The position numbers and the translations under genes are program-made. DNA of 49,703 nt from an uncultured Eubacteriales bacterium (GTDB lineage: Bacteria > Bacillota > Clostridia > Acetivibrionales > CAZANH01): assembly GCA_964486515.1 (NCBI GenBank), contig CAZANH010000229.1, positions 1 through 49,703 on the forward strand. Direction: 5' to 3'. This document shows, piece after piece, positions 1-8,764 of the stretch (position 1 is its first letter; each line of letters begins with the position of its first letter). A model generated the notes under the pieces. That model was not told where the DNA came from. It did no database searches and saw only the letters and a program-made list of their open reading frames with translations.

Positions 1-1
1 G

Positions 2-1030
2 GCGGTTAATGCGAAGGACATTGAAAAGGTCGTCGGAGAAATTGAATCTGCTGACATAATGGCTACTGCCGTAGGGGTAAATGTCCTCCCTAAAATTGCA
101 GAACCGATTGCCAGGGGGATTGTTAAAAGATGGGAAAAGGGCAATAACAATCCATTGAATATAATAATATGCGAAAACCTGATTAATGCCAATAAATACC
201 TTGAAGGACTTATAAAGAAAAAATTGGACGACAAACAAAAAGAGCAATTTGACAGATTTATAGGGCTTGTTGAGGCTTCAATAGGCAGGATGGTGCCTGT
301 AATGACAGACAAAATGCAGGAAGGCAATCCGTTGAGGGTATGGGTTGAGCCTTATAGTGAGCTTCCTGTGGACAGGGACGGATTTAAGGGAGAAATTCCG
401 GATATTGTAAACATGGTACCGTTCTCGCCGTTTGACTTTTATATACAAAGGAAGCTATACATGCATAATATGGGACACGCGGTATCGGCATACCTGGGCT
501 TTATTGACAACAGCCGGTATATATGGGAATCCGTTGGAAACCCTTTTATAAAGATTATACTGCTGAGAGCACTGCAGGAGTCCGCAATAGCTATGTCAAA
601 GGAGCATAATGAACCTCTTGATGAACTTTTAAACCATTCGGAGGATTTAATATACAGGTTTGGAAACAGGCTTCTGGGAGATACGGTGGAAAGAGTTGGC
701 AGAGACCCGGTAAGGAAACTTTCGGAAAACGACAGGCTGGCAGGAGCGGCAAGGCTGTGTGTAAAAAATGGGATTAATCCCGTATATATTTCAATAGGGC
801 TTGCGGCAGGATTTGTGTTTGCTCCCCCAAATGATGAAAACGCGGCTGCCGTACAGCAATTTATTGATGAAAAAGGTATTGAGGTTGCTGTTGAACATTT
901 TTGCGGGTTTAAAAACGGGGAAATAATAGTAAAACATATTATAGATTTCTTCAGGATGATTAACAGAGGAGAGGCTTTGGAAGATATACTCAAAGAGGCT
1001 GAGGGAAAAAAACACAGGCAGGGATTGTAA
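2..1030 (+). CDS. mannitol dehydrogenase family protein (MtlD-like), 5' end outside window
   Basis: ORF 59..1030 stays open in frame back to base 2 (AVNAKDIEKVVGEIESADIM...). The translation shows the mannitol(-1-phosphate) dehydrogenase middle and C-terminal pattern (TAVGVNVLPKIA, NIIICENL, VEPYSELPVD, RKLYMHNMGHAVSAYLG). Its stop overlaps the start of the downstream sugar kinase. Confidence 0.75.
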   Translation, partial: AVNAKDIEKVVGEIESADIMATAVGVNVLPKIAEPIARGIVKRWEKGNNNPLNIIICENLINANKYLEGLIKKKLDDKQKEQFDRFIGLVEASIGRMVPVMTDKMQEGNPLRVWVEPYSELPVDRDGFKGEIPDIVNMVPFSPFDFYIQRKLYMHNMGHAVSAYLGFIDNSRYIWESVGNPFIKIILLRALQESAIAMSKEHNEPLDELLNHSEDLIYRFGNRLLGDTVERVGRDPVRKLSENDRLAGAARLCVKNGINPVYISIGLAAGFVFAPPNDENAAAVQQFIDEKGIEVAVEHFCGFKNGEIIVKHIIDFFRMINRGEALEDILKEAEGKKHRQGL

Positions 1031-2046
1031 TGAACGATTCAATAGTATCAAATGATAAAATAGCATTATCAAAAAAGGTTATAACCGTATTGGGAGAAAT
1101 TTTGATAGATTTCACGCCTGCGGGAATTTCGGAAAGCGGTGCAGGCCTGTTTGAAAAAAATCCCGGCGGAGCACCCGCAAATGTGGCAGTATGTGTTGCA
1201 AGGCTTGGAGGTAAAGCGGCATTTATAGGGAAAGCCGGAGATGATATGTTCGGAAAATTTCTCAAATCCGTATTGGAGAAAAACAATGTAGATACAAGGG
1301 GGTTCAGGTTCAGCAACAAATACGGTACAACGCTTGCCTTTGTAGAACTTGATAAGAGCGGAGAAAGGTCATTCGCTTTTTACAGGAACCCGGGTGCTGA
1401 CACGGATTTAAGGACTGAAGAGGTGGATTCTGAACTTATAAGGAACTCGAGTATTTTTCATTTTGGTTCACTTTCATTAACTAATGAACCGTCAAGAACT
1501 GCAACAATAAAATCCCTGCAATATGCAAGAAAAAATAATGTAACCGTATCGTATGACCCAAATCTCAGGCTTTCTCTGTGGCAAAACATAAAAGATGCAA
1601 AAAATCGTATAAAATCGGTTATAGGTTATGCAGATATACTGAAAATATCTGAGGAGGAATTATTTTTTCTAACGGGCACTGATGATACCGAAAAAGGGAC
1701 ATTTACAATTTATACACAATACGGTACAAAACTGATACTTGTTACATTGGGGCATAGAGGTGCATTTTACAGGTTTGGCAGTGAAACGGGTGAAAAGGGT
1801 GCTTTTATTGAATTAAAAGCTGTTGACGCAACAGGGGCAGGTGATGCTTTTATGGGAGCATTTCTATTTTCTCTGGCGGACAGGGGTATTATAAAGGTTA
1901 GTATGCTTGACGGCAGTGCCATTGAAGAAATTTTACGGTTTTCGAATGCAGCTGCGTCGCTTTGTGTCACAAAGAAAGGTGCCATACCCGCTATGCCTGA
2001 TTTGGCACAGGTGATTAAGCTTATTAATAGTAAGGGACATAAATAA
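1030..2046 (+). CDS. PfkB-family carbohydrate kinase (fructokinase-like)
   Basis: 338 aa with PfkB motifs: N-terminal GEILIDF...PGGAPANVA and C-terminal DATGAGDAFMGAF with the anion-hole GAGD. The ATG overlaps the upstream stop by 1 nt. Confidence 0.85.
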   Translation: MNDSIVSNDKIALSKKVITVLGEILIDFTPAGISESGAGLFEKNPGGAPANVAVCVARLGGKAAFIGKAGDDMFGKFLKSVLEKNNVDTRGFRFSNKYGTTLAFVELDKSGERSFAFYRNPGADTDLRTEEVDSELIRNSSIFHFGSLSLTNEPSRTATIKSLQYARKNNVTVSYDPNLRLSLWQNIKDAKNRIKSVIGYADILKISEEELFFLTGTDDTEKGTFTIYTQYGTKLILVTLGHRGAFYRFGSETGEKGAFIELKAVDATGAGDAFMGAFLFSLADRGIIKVSMLDGSAIEEILRFSNAAASLCVTKKGAIPAMPDLAQVIKLINSKGHK

Positions 2047-2071
2047 AGTATTATGATTACAGGAGGAAGTC

Positions 2072-4243
2072 ATGGTCGACATTATAAAGCAGCTTATTAA
2101 AGAATTTAATTTAAAGCCTTTTCAGGCAGAAAATACTGTAAGGCTTATTGAGGAAGGAAATACAATACCTTTTATCGCAAGATACAGAAAGGAAATGACC
2201 GGAGAATTAAATGACCAGGTATTGAGAGAGTTTCATGAAAGATTTTCGTATCTTAAAAATCTTGAAGAAAGGAAAGAAGATGTAAAGCGCCTTATTGACG
2301 AGCAGGGAAAGCTTACTAAAGAAATAGGAGAAGCTCTTGAAAATGCATCAACATTGCAGAAAGTAGAGGACATATACAGGCCATATAAGCCAAAACGCAG
2401 GACAAGAGCCTCCATTGCAAAAGAAAAAGGGCTTGAACCGCTGGCAAATGTTATATTGTCCCAGGAAATAAAACAGGGGAGCATTGAAGAATTGGCTGTT
2501 ACATATATCAATACTGAAAAAGGAGTGAATACGACAGAAGATGCCTTAAACGGTTCTATGGATATAATAGCGGAGGTTATTTCGGATAATGCCGAATTCA
2601 GAGAAGCATTAAGGGATTTGTTTTTCAAGCATGGTACGATTGTAACCTCTGCGGTTGTAAAAGAAGATTCGGTGTATAATATGTATTATGATTACAAGGA
2701 ACCGGTTTCAAGGATTGCAAAACATAGAATTCTGGCAATTAACAGGGGAGAGAAGGAGCATATACTCCAGGTAATTATTAATGTGCCTGATGAGCTTTTA
2801 TTGCAGTATTTGAAAGCAAAGGTCCTAAAAAAGAATGGAAACATAGTATCAGAATATGTGGAAAAAGCTATTGAAGATTCATATGAAAGGCTTATAGTTC
2901 CTTCAATAGAAAATGAGGTGCGAAATCTGTTGACAGAAAAGGCAGAAGAACAGGCAGTAAAGGTTTTCTCGGAAAACCTGAGAAATCTTTTGCTTCAGCC
3001 GCCTGTAAAGGGAAGAATCGTTCTCGGGCTTGACCCTGCATACAGGACGGGTTGCAAGCTTGCTGTTGTGGATGACACAGGGAAGGTGCTTGACAAGGCG
3101 GTGATATATCCGACGCCTCCACAGAATAAAATTGAAGAATCCAAAAAAATAATGAAGGAATTTATTGAAAAGTACAAGGTGGATATAGTTTCAATCGGAA
3201 ACGGAACAGCATCAAAGGAATCGGAATTATTTACAGCAGAGCTTTTAAAAGAAATTGACAGGGAAGTATATTATATGGTAGTAAATGAGGCGGGAGCATC
3301 GGTTTACTCCGCATCAAAACTGGCCGCGGAAGAATTCCCGGATTTTGATGTTTCGATGCGTAGTGCGGTTTCAATTGCAAGAAGACTCCAGGACCCACTG
3401 GCAGAGCTTGTTAAGATAGATCCGAAATCGATAGGGGTCGGCCAGTATCAGCATGATGTAAACCGTAAAAAACTTGACAAATCACTTGGTGATGTTGTTG
3501 AATATGCGGTAAACAGTGTAGGAGTCGATTTGAACACGGCATCGGCTTCCCTTCTGTCATATGTCTCGGGTATTAATTCAGGTATTGCAAAAAATATAAT
3601 TGAATACAGGGAAAAAAACGGCAGGTTTTTGAGAAGAGATGAACTTAAGAAAGTAAAAAAGCTTGGTGAGAAAGCTTTTGAACAGTGTGCAGGGTTTTTG
3701 AGAATATCCGACAGCGCCAATGTACTGGATAATACCTCAGTGCATCCGGAGTCATATGAAGCTGTTGAGAAGCTTCTTGAAGCAACGGGGTATTCTCTTG
3801 ATGATATTAAAAAAAGGAATTTGGTCAGCCTTAAACAAAAAATTGAAAAAGTGGGTATTGAGAAGGTAGCAGTTCAAATTGACGTAGGTGTACCAACATT
3901 AAAAGATATGATTGAAGAACTGCAGAAACCGGGCAGAGACCCAAGGGATGAACTGCCTGCGCCGATATTAAGGTCAGATGTGATGGACATTGAAGATTTA
4001 AAGCCTGATATGGTTCTGACGGGAACAGTGAGAAACGTATCGGACTTTGGGGCATTTGTTGATATTGGGGTACACCAGGACGGGCTTGTACACATATCGG
4101 AAATGTCGGACAAATTTGTAAGGCATCCTATGGATATAACGGCAGTAGGGGATATAGTTACAGTCAGGGTTATTGATGTTGATGCGGCGAGAAAAAGAAT
4201 ATCCTTAAGCATGAAAGAGACATTTAATACAAGTAGTCAATAG
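2072..4243 (+). CDS. tex: Tex-like transcription accessory protein (YqgF/HhH/S1 domains)
   Basis: 723 aa. N-terminus has the IPFIARYRKE motif, the middle has a YqgF-like region (GLDPAYRTGCKLAVVD), and the C-terminus is an S1 domain (GTVRNVSDFGAFVDIG...GLVHISE). AGGAGGA RBS lies upstream. Confidence 0.92.
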   Translation: MVDIIKQLIKEFNLKPFQAENTVRLIEEGNTIPFIARYRKEMTGELNDQVLREFHERFSYLKNLEERKEDVKRLIDEQGKLTKEIGEALENASTLQKVEDIYRPYKPKRRTRASIAKEKGLEPLANVILSQEIKQGSIEELAVTYINTEKGVNTTEDALNGSMDIIAEVISDNAEFREALRDLFFKHGTIVTSAVVKEDSVYNMYYDYKEPVSRIAKHRILAINRGEKEHILQVIINVPDELLLQYLKAKVLKKNGNIVSEYVEKAIEDSYERLIVPSIENEVRNLLTEKAEEQAVKVFSENLRNLLLQPPVKGRIVLGLDPAYRTGCKLAVVDDTGKVLDKAVIYPTPPQNKIEESKKIMKEFIEKYKVDIVSIGNGTASKESELFTAELLKEIDREVYYMVVNEAGASVYSASKLAAEEFPDFDVSMRSAVSIARRLQDPLAELVKIDPKSIGVGQYQHDVNRKKLDKSLGDVVEYAVNSVGVDLNTASASLLSYVSGINSGIAKNIIEYREKNGRFLRRDELKKVKKLGEKAFEQCAGFLRISDSANVLDNTSVHPESYEAVEKLLEATGYSLDDIKKRNLVSLKQKIEKVGIEKVAVQIDVGVPTLKDMIEELQKPGRDPRDELPAPILRSDVMDIEDLKPDMVLTGTVRNVSDFGAFVDIGVHQDGLVHISEMSDKFVRHPMDITAVGDIVTVRVIDVDAARKRISLSMKETFNTSSQ

Positions 4244-4278
4244 TCGGTAGACATTACAAAATGAGAAAGCAGGTAAAA

Positions 4279-5217
4279 ATGGTTATAGTTGATGCACATT
4301 GTGATACTTTGTTGGAGATAATGGAAAAAGGGCAGAATATATATAGAAATGATCTTCATCTTGATCTATCAAGAATTGGCAAAGAGAAAAAATATGTACA
4401 GTTCTTTGCAGCATTTGTGAGCCCGGAGCAGGATGGTAATATGAGGTATTATAAAAAAAGGGCTTTAACGTTAATTGATAAATTCTATGAACAATTAAAA
4501 ATATATGGGGATTACATGTCATTATGCCGCAATTATGCCGAAATAAAAGAAGCGTTGGAAGGAAAAAAGACGGCTGCACTTCTATCCGTGGAAGGAGGAG
4601 AAGCGTTTGAGGGTGAATTATCGGCACTTGAAAAATTTTATGAGCTTGGTGTAAGAAGCGTATGCCTTACATGGAACTACAGAAATGAGATTGCTTCAGG
4701 TGTTGAAGACGATGCCCACTGCGGGCTCACGGAATTTGGAAAAGAAGTTGTAAGGGAAATGAATTCACTTGGAATGTTGATTGACCTGTCACATATGAAT
4801 TATGAAGGTTTCATGGAAGTAATGGAGTTGACGGATTGCCCGGTAATTGCAACACACTCCAACGCATGGAAAATATGCAGCAGCCAAAGGAATCTGAATG
4901 ATGAGCAGCTTTTGAAGCTTAAAGAAAATGACGGGGTAACGGGAATCAATTTTTATCCTGAATTTTTAAATAATTCGGGAAATGCAGGCATACACGATAT
5001 AATAAATCATATAGAATATATTTCCGGATTGATAGGTACGCGCCATATAGGTATCGGAACGGATTTTGACGGTATTGAGTATCTCCCTGAGGGTATAAAG
5101 GGAGTGGAAGACATCGGTATCGTCTTCAATGAATTGTTAAAGCTTAATTACAAGCAGGAAGAAGTCAATGGTATTGCAGGAAATAATTTTCTAAGAGTAA
5201 TCGGACAGGTACTGTAA
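4279..5217 (+). CDS. membrane dipeptidase (peptidase family M19)
   Basis: Has the VIVDAHCDTL metal-binding start typical of M19 dipeptidases, plus later HSNA and GIGTDFDG motifs. The ORF opens at 4261, but ATG 4279 has a weak AGGT RBS and matches family N-termini. Confidence 0.8.
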   Translation: MVIVDAHCDTLLEIMEKGQNIYRNDLHLDLSRIGKEKKYVQFFAAFVSPEQDGNMRYYKKRALTLIDKFYEQLKIYGDYMSLCRNYAEIKEALEGKKTAALLSVEGGEAFEGELSALEKFYELGVRSVCLTWNYRNEIASGVEDDAHCGLTEFGKEVVREMNSLGMLIDLSHMNYEGFMEVMELTDCPVIATHSNAWKICSSQRNLNDEQLLKLKENDGVTGINFYPEFLNNSGNAGIHDIINHIEYISGLIGTRHIGIGTDFDGIEYLPEGIKGVEDIGIVFNELLKLNYKQEEVNGIAGNNFLRVIGQVL

Positions 5218-5267
5218 AAATATAGTTTCAAATTACAATGAGTTTATCATGCAAAACCAAATATCAG

Positions 5268-5966
5268 CTATTTTGCAAAGTTGTGTTTGCCTATTTTTAT
5301 TATGATGGGGCGTGACCAGATCCATCCGCTTGTTGCGATTGCGGGGTTATAATAGTACAGGCAGCCATATGAAGGGTCCCATCCGTTTAATGCATCCGAT
5401 GCGGCATCACGTGCGCTTTTATCAGGAGAAAGGTTTATCTGGCCGTCTGAAACTGCAGTAAAAGCAGAAGGTTGGTATATAACGCCGGAAATAGTACTTG
5501 GAAACCTGCTGTCGCGTACCCTGTTGAGCACAACTGCAGCAACGGCTACTTTACCTGTATAGGGTTCTCCTCTTGCCTCACCGTATACAAGGTGCGCAAG
5601 AAGGTCGAGGTCACGATTTCCAACTGGTGAGGCCGCAGCAGTACTCCCTCCTGGCAGGCCCAAGGCGGCAAGCGTTTCTGGCCCCACGATACCGTCCACC
5701 TTAAGTCCGTTCTTTGACTGAAACCATTTTACGGCCTGAAAGGTCTTATAGCCGTATATTCCATCGACAATACCCTTATAGTATCCCCAGTTGTATAGTT
5801 TTGCCTGGATATCAATAACTTCCTGCCCGCGTGAACCGTAATAGGAAAGGACTGAACGGCTGTAGCAAAAAAAATCTGTAATTTCAACACTGTATGCATT
5901 ATATACCAATAAAAGCAAAATTATAAATATTGAAGACAATACCACCAACAAAATTTTCTTTTGCAT
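5268..5966 (-). CDS. sleB: spore cortex-lytic enzyme SleB (signal/TM segment + PG_binding_1 + Hydrolase_2)
   Basis: 232 aa with a hydrophobic N-terminus, a peptidoglycan-binding repeat (YGYKTFQAVKWFQSKNGLKVDGIVGPETLAAL) and a SleB/CwlJ catalytic domain (GEARGEPYTGKVAVAAVVLNRV...FTAV). GGAGAA RBS. Confidence 0.88.
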   Translation of the reverse strand: MQKKILLVVLSSIFIILLLLVYNAYSVEITDFFCYSRSVLSYYGSRGQEVIDIQAKLYNWGYYKGIVDGIYGYKTFQAVKWFQSKNGLKVDGIVGPETLAALGLPGGSTAAASPVGNRDLDLLAHLVYGEARGEPYTGKVAVAAVVLNRVRDSRFPSTISGVIYQPSAFTAVSDGQINLSPDKSARDAASDALNGWDPSYGCLYYYNPAIATSGWIWSRPIIIKIGKHNFAK

Positions 5967-6044
5967 TTCTGTTCTCCTTTATCTTACAGTATTTTACGTA
6001 TATTTTCTGTAATTAGAAATAAATTATTCATGAATAAAAGGAAA

Positions 6045-6311
6045 TTATGCGAGAAACAGATATACAAGTATGATAATCAAAAGCTCATCCTTCGTTCTAT
6101 CGTTAAAAAGCAATAGAATGACAGCGATTATAAGAAGATCGTCAATATGTATGTTTCCTATGAACCTGCTTATAGCTGAAGAACTTGAAACATTGGTTTT
6201 TTTACGGTTTTTATCATCTGTTGAATTGATATCTTCATCAGGCATAGGTATGTTTTTTATATTTTCAACCGTATCATATAAGGGATTGTTCTGATTATTT
6301 TCATGTATCAT
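6045..6311 (-). CDS. hypothetical small membrane protein
   Basis: 88 aa with a polar N-terminal half and one C-terminal hydrophobic helix (LLIIAVILLLF...LLIIILVYLFLA). It starts 3 nt after the stop of the upstream ORF, which suggests translational coupling. I recognise no family. Confidence 0.55.
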   Translation of the reverse strand: MIHENNQNNPLYDTVENIKNIPMPDEDINSTDDKNRKKTNVSSSSAISRFIGNIHIDDLLIIAVILLLFNDRTKDELLIIILVYLFLA

Positions 6312-6314
6312 ATG

Positions 6315-6731
6315 TCAGGAACCCTCTTCCTGCTCTTTAAATAGCCTGGCAACATAAGACATTTGTAAAATATTAATACACTTGTTGAGCCTGTTCTGTC
6401 TTCTGCTGTTCAAAAAAGGCTTGATTGATTTTAGAAGGTTTATTTTAGGGTCGTTTTGAGAAATTATACTATTTATATTATATGGTATTTTTGAGGAATC
6501 ATCATTTTTTTTTGAGTTTAAAAAAAGTTCAATGAGATTCCTAATCCTATCAACCTGTTCATTATTATCATTACCGGTTCCAGTCTTGCCGGTACCTTCA
6601 GATTTATTGGAAGAACCGGTTTCGGTGCTGCCTCTGCTGCCTTCGTTGCCTCCTGCCATATTATCCTTAATATCACTGCTGCCCAGCATTTCTATTATGT
6701 CTAATATTTTTTGGTTAAAATCCTCACTCAT
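6315..6731 (-). CDS. hypothetical protein with low-complexity G/S/T/N-rich centre
   Basis: 138 aa with a GGGGGA RBS 7 nt upstream of the ATG. It is tightly coupled to the next ORF and lies upstream of sleB on the same strand. Confidence 0.6.
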   Translation of the reverse strand: MSEDFNQKILDIIEMLGSSDIKDNMAGGNEGSRGSTETGSSNKSEGTGKTGTGNDNNEQVDRIRNLIELFLNSKKNDDSSKIPYNINSIISQNDPKINLLKSIKPFLNSRRQNRLNKCINILQMSYVARLFKEQEEGS

Positions 6732-6866
6732 TTTATTTCCCCCGATTTTTTACTCATTGCTGCAACGGTTGATATGCCCACCACCTGAAGAGCTTTAATT
6801 GGTACCCGTTACCTATAGAGGTGGGGACATCTTGCGCCTCGTTATATATAGAATATATTCGGATGG

Positions 6867-7187
6867 TTAACCAATAATGCCTATTATTTTATTTAATATT
6901 ACATCCCCTTTTTCCCCCAAGAGTTCATGAAGCTTTACCATGTCTGCACCGGCTATCATTTTTTTCAGGTCTTCCTTATCAATGTTAAGATTATCAAGTT
7001 TGGATGTATCAAAATCATTGATTTTTTCAATAAGTTCATTCTTATCAATTTTATTTATTTTTCTGGCTATTTCTTCCGTATCACCATTTTGTAACATATC
7101 AAATGCCTTGTTGAGTTTTGCCTGAAGGACTTTTTCATCCATCCTGCCCAATAAATCCGAAAGTTTCTTGTTAAATGAATTATTCAT
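6867..7187 (-). CDS. hypothetical protein (charged, helical)
   Basis: 106 aa ORF with a GAGGGGA RBS upstream. No recognisable motif. Confidence 0.5.
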   Translation of the reverse strand: MNNSFNKKLSDLLGRMDEKVLQAKLNKAFDMLQNGDTEEIARKINKIDKNELIEKINDFDTSKLDNLNIDKEDLKKMIAGADMVKLHELLGEKGDVILNKIIGIIG

Positions 7188-7347
7188 AAATATTATGAAT
7201 CCCCTCTCGATATTTGTAATTTTACTTTATTATTGTATGTATGAAAGGCAGAAAAGTTGAATTAAAAAAATTAAATTTTTTTGTAGTCAAGCAGTTAAAA
7301 GAGTGATAAAATATTGGAATGAAAATAATTAGGGAGATGACTGTCGT

Positions 7348-7680
7348 ATGCAATTATCAAATTTTATAATAAGTTTTGCAGAGGGGCTGCTTACATTTAT
7401 TTCGCCATGCCTTTTACCTATGCTGCCCGTGTACATATTTTACCTTGCCGGTGTATCGGATGAAAAAGAGATAAGCATGTCTGAAAACAAAGGAAGGCTT
7501 TTGATTAATTCCCTCGGGTTTGCTGCAGGGTTTACTATTGTTTTTGTTTCATTGGGTGCGGCTGCTACTTCCTTAGGACAGTTCTTAAAAAGTAATTCCG
7601 GAATATTTGCAAAAATAAGCGGTATAATCATAATACTTTTTGGTTTGCATTTTATCGGCATATTAAAATTAAATTATTGA
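7348..7680 (+). CDS. CcdA/DsbD-family thiol-disulfide transporter, half-length (3 TM, one Cys motif)
   Basis: 110 aa. The N-terminus (FAEGLLTFISPCLLPMLPVY) is the first conserved Cys-Pro motif of the CcdA/DsbD transmembrane family. The protein stops right after predicted TM3, whereas full-length CcdA has 6 TM and a second Cys motif. trxB follows 18 nt later. Confidence 0.7.
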   Translation: MQLSNFIISFAEGLLTFISPCLLPMLPVYIFYLAGVSDEKEISMSENKGRLLINSLGFAAGFTIVFVSLGAAATSLGQFLKSNSGIFAKISGIIIILFGLHFIGILKLNY

Positions 7681-7697
7681 AAGGAGATAACAGATAA

Positions 7698-8606
7698 ATG
7701 TATGATGTTATAATAGTAGGCGGAGGGCCGGCAGGTTTAACTGCCGCGTTATATTGTTCAAGGGCGAATCTTGATACTCTTTTAATTGAGAAAATGTATT
7801 CAGGTGGGCAGATGTCCACAACAAATATGCTGGAAAACTATCCTGGTTTTGAAGAGCCCGTTGGAGGGCTTGAACTTGCGATGCGCATGGAGAATCAGGC
7901 AAGAAGATTTGGTGTGAGTGTTGTAAATGAGAAAGTTGAAAAGTTAAATCTTGAAGGAGAAGTAAAATCGGTTAAGACCACAGACAATATTTACGAAAGT
8001 AAGGCTATAATTCTCTGTATGGGTGCTTATCCCAGGCAGCTTGGACTGGAGAAGGAAAAGGAATTCAGGTCGTCGGGGGTTTCATATTGTGCGACATGTG
8101 ATGGTTCTTTTTATAAGAATAAAAAGGTTGCAGTAATTGGAGGGGGTGACACTGCTGCAGAAGATGCAATTTATCTTTCACGATTATGCAGTAAGGTATA
8201 TGTAGTACACAGAAGGGATTCATTAAGAGCTGTAAAGGCATTGCAGAACGAACTTTTCAAAAATAACAGGATCGAATTTGTATGGGATTCGGTTATAGAG
8301 GATATTGAGGGAAAAATTGGAGTAGAGGGCATAAAGGTAAAAAATGTTAAGACAAATGAAATGAAAGTTATTGAGGTTGATGGCGTTTTTGTTGCAATTG
8401 GAGTATTACCTAACACTGAATTGGTAAAAGAAAGTGTTCCTCTCAATAAGGACGGATATATTCTTACCGATGATAAAATGCAGACAGGATTACAGGGGGT
8501 CTTTGCAGCAGGAGATGCGAGAGATAAGATATTACGCCAGGTTATTACCGCTGCATCTGATGGTGCCGTTGCAGCGTATATGGCTGAAAGGTATGTAAGT
8601 AAGTAA
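7698..8606 (+). CDS. trxB: thioredoxin-disulfide reductase
   Basis: 302 aa with the FAD motif IIVGGGPAGLTAALY, the redox-active CATCDG, the NADPH motif VIGGGDTAAEDA and a C-terminal GDARD motif. AAGGAGA RBS. Confidence 0.95.
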   Translation: MYDVIIVGGGPAGLTAALYCSRANLDTLLIEKMYSGGQMSTTNMLENYPGFEEPVGGLELAMRMENQARRFGVSVVNEKVEKLNLEGEVKSVKTTDNIYESKAIILCMGAYPRQLGLEKEKEFRSSGVSYCATCDGSFYKNKKVAVIGGGDTAAEDAIYLSRLCSKVYVVHRRDSLRAVKALQNELFKNNRIEFVWDSVIEDIEGKIGVEGIKVKNVKTNEMKVIEVDGVFVAIGVLPNTELVKESVPLNKDGYILTDDKMQTGLQGVFAAGDARDKILRQVITAASDGAVAAYMAERYVSK

Positions 8607-8684
8607 GTGTCAAGGGGACGGGGTTGTTGACACCCTCGCAAGCACAAAAAAGGGTGTCAACAACCCCGTCCCCTTGACACTTTT
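8607..8684 (+). terminator. intrinsic terminator formed by a 30-bp perfect GC-rich palindromic element
   Basis: Left arm 8607-8636 (GTGTCAAGGGGACGGGGTTGTTGACACCCT) is the exact reverse complement of right arm 8651-8680. The loop is 14 nt and TTTT follows. The structure starts 1 nt after the trxB stop. Confidence 0.85.
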
Positions 8685-8707
8685 CCTGAAATACCATATA
8701 AAACAAT

Positions 8708-8736
8708 TTGATATTTATATTACTTAGTGTTAAAAT
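8708..8736 (+). promoter_or_regulatory. candidate sigma-A promoter for lon
   Basis: TTGATA (8708-8713), a 17-nt spacer, then TAAAAT (8731-8736) preceded by TGT (extended -10). It lies about 30 nt upstream of the lon ATG. Confidence 0.5.
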
Positions 8737-8764
8737 GTTATGCATTAAAGGGGATGTGGTCAAA

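Noticed and set aside
439-993. Long antisense or overlapping ORFs throughout the track (for example 439..993-, 8171..8647-, 23004..23420-, 31689..32147-, 38452..39015-, 43138..43665-, 46034..46483-, 47155..47712-, 49141..49497-).
   Set aside because: Each lies inside a strongly recognisable conserved gene on the other strand or frame. They have low-complexity translations and no RBS, so they are shadow ORFs.
6732-6866. A possible sporulation-sigma promoter (CATATCAA-like -10) and a short CCCACC/GGTGGG pairing upstream of the 138-aa ORF.
   Set aside because: I could not find a matching -35 at the correct spacing, and the pairing is only 6 bp. There is not enough support for a call.
8708-8764. 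The N-terminal 19 codons of the Lon ORF as given in the track.
   Set aside because: This stretch overlaps the predicted promoter. There is no RBS before 8708, whereas ATG 8765 has one and gives a family-typical N-terminus.
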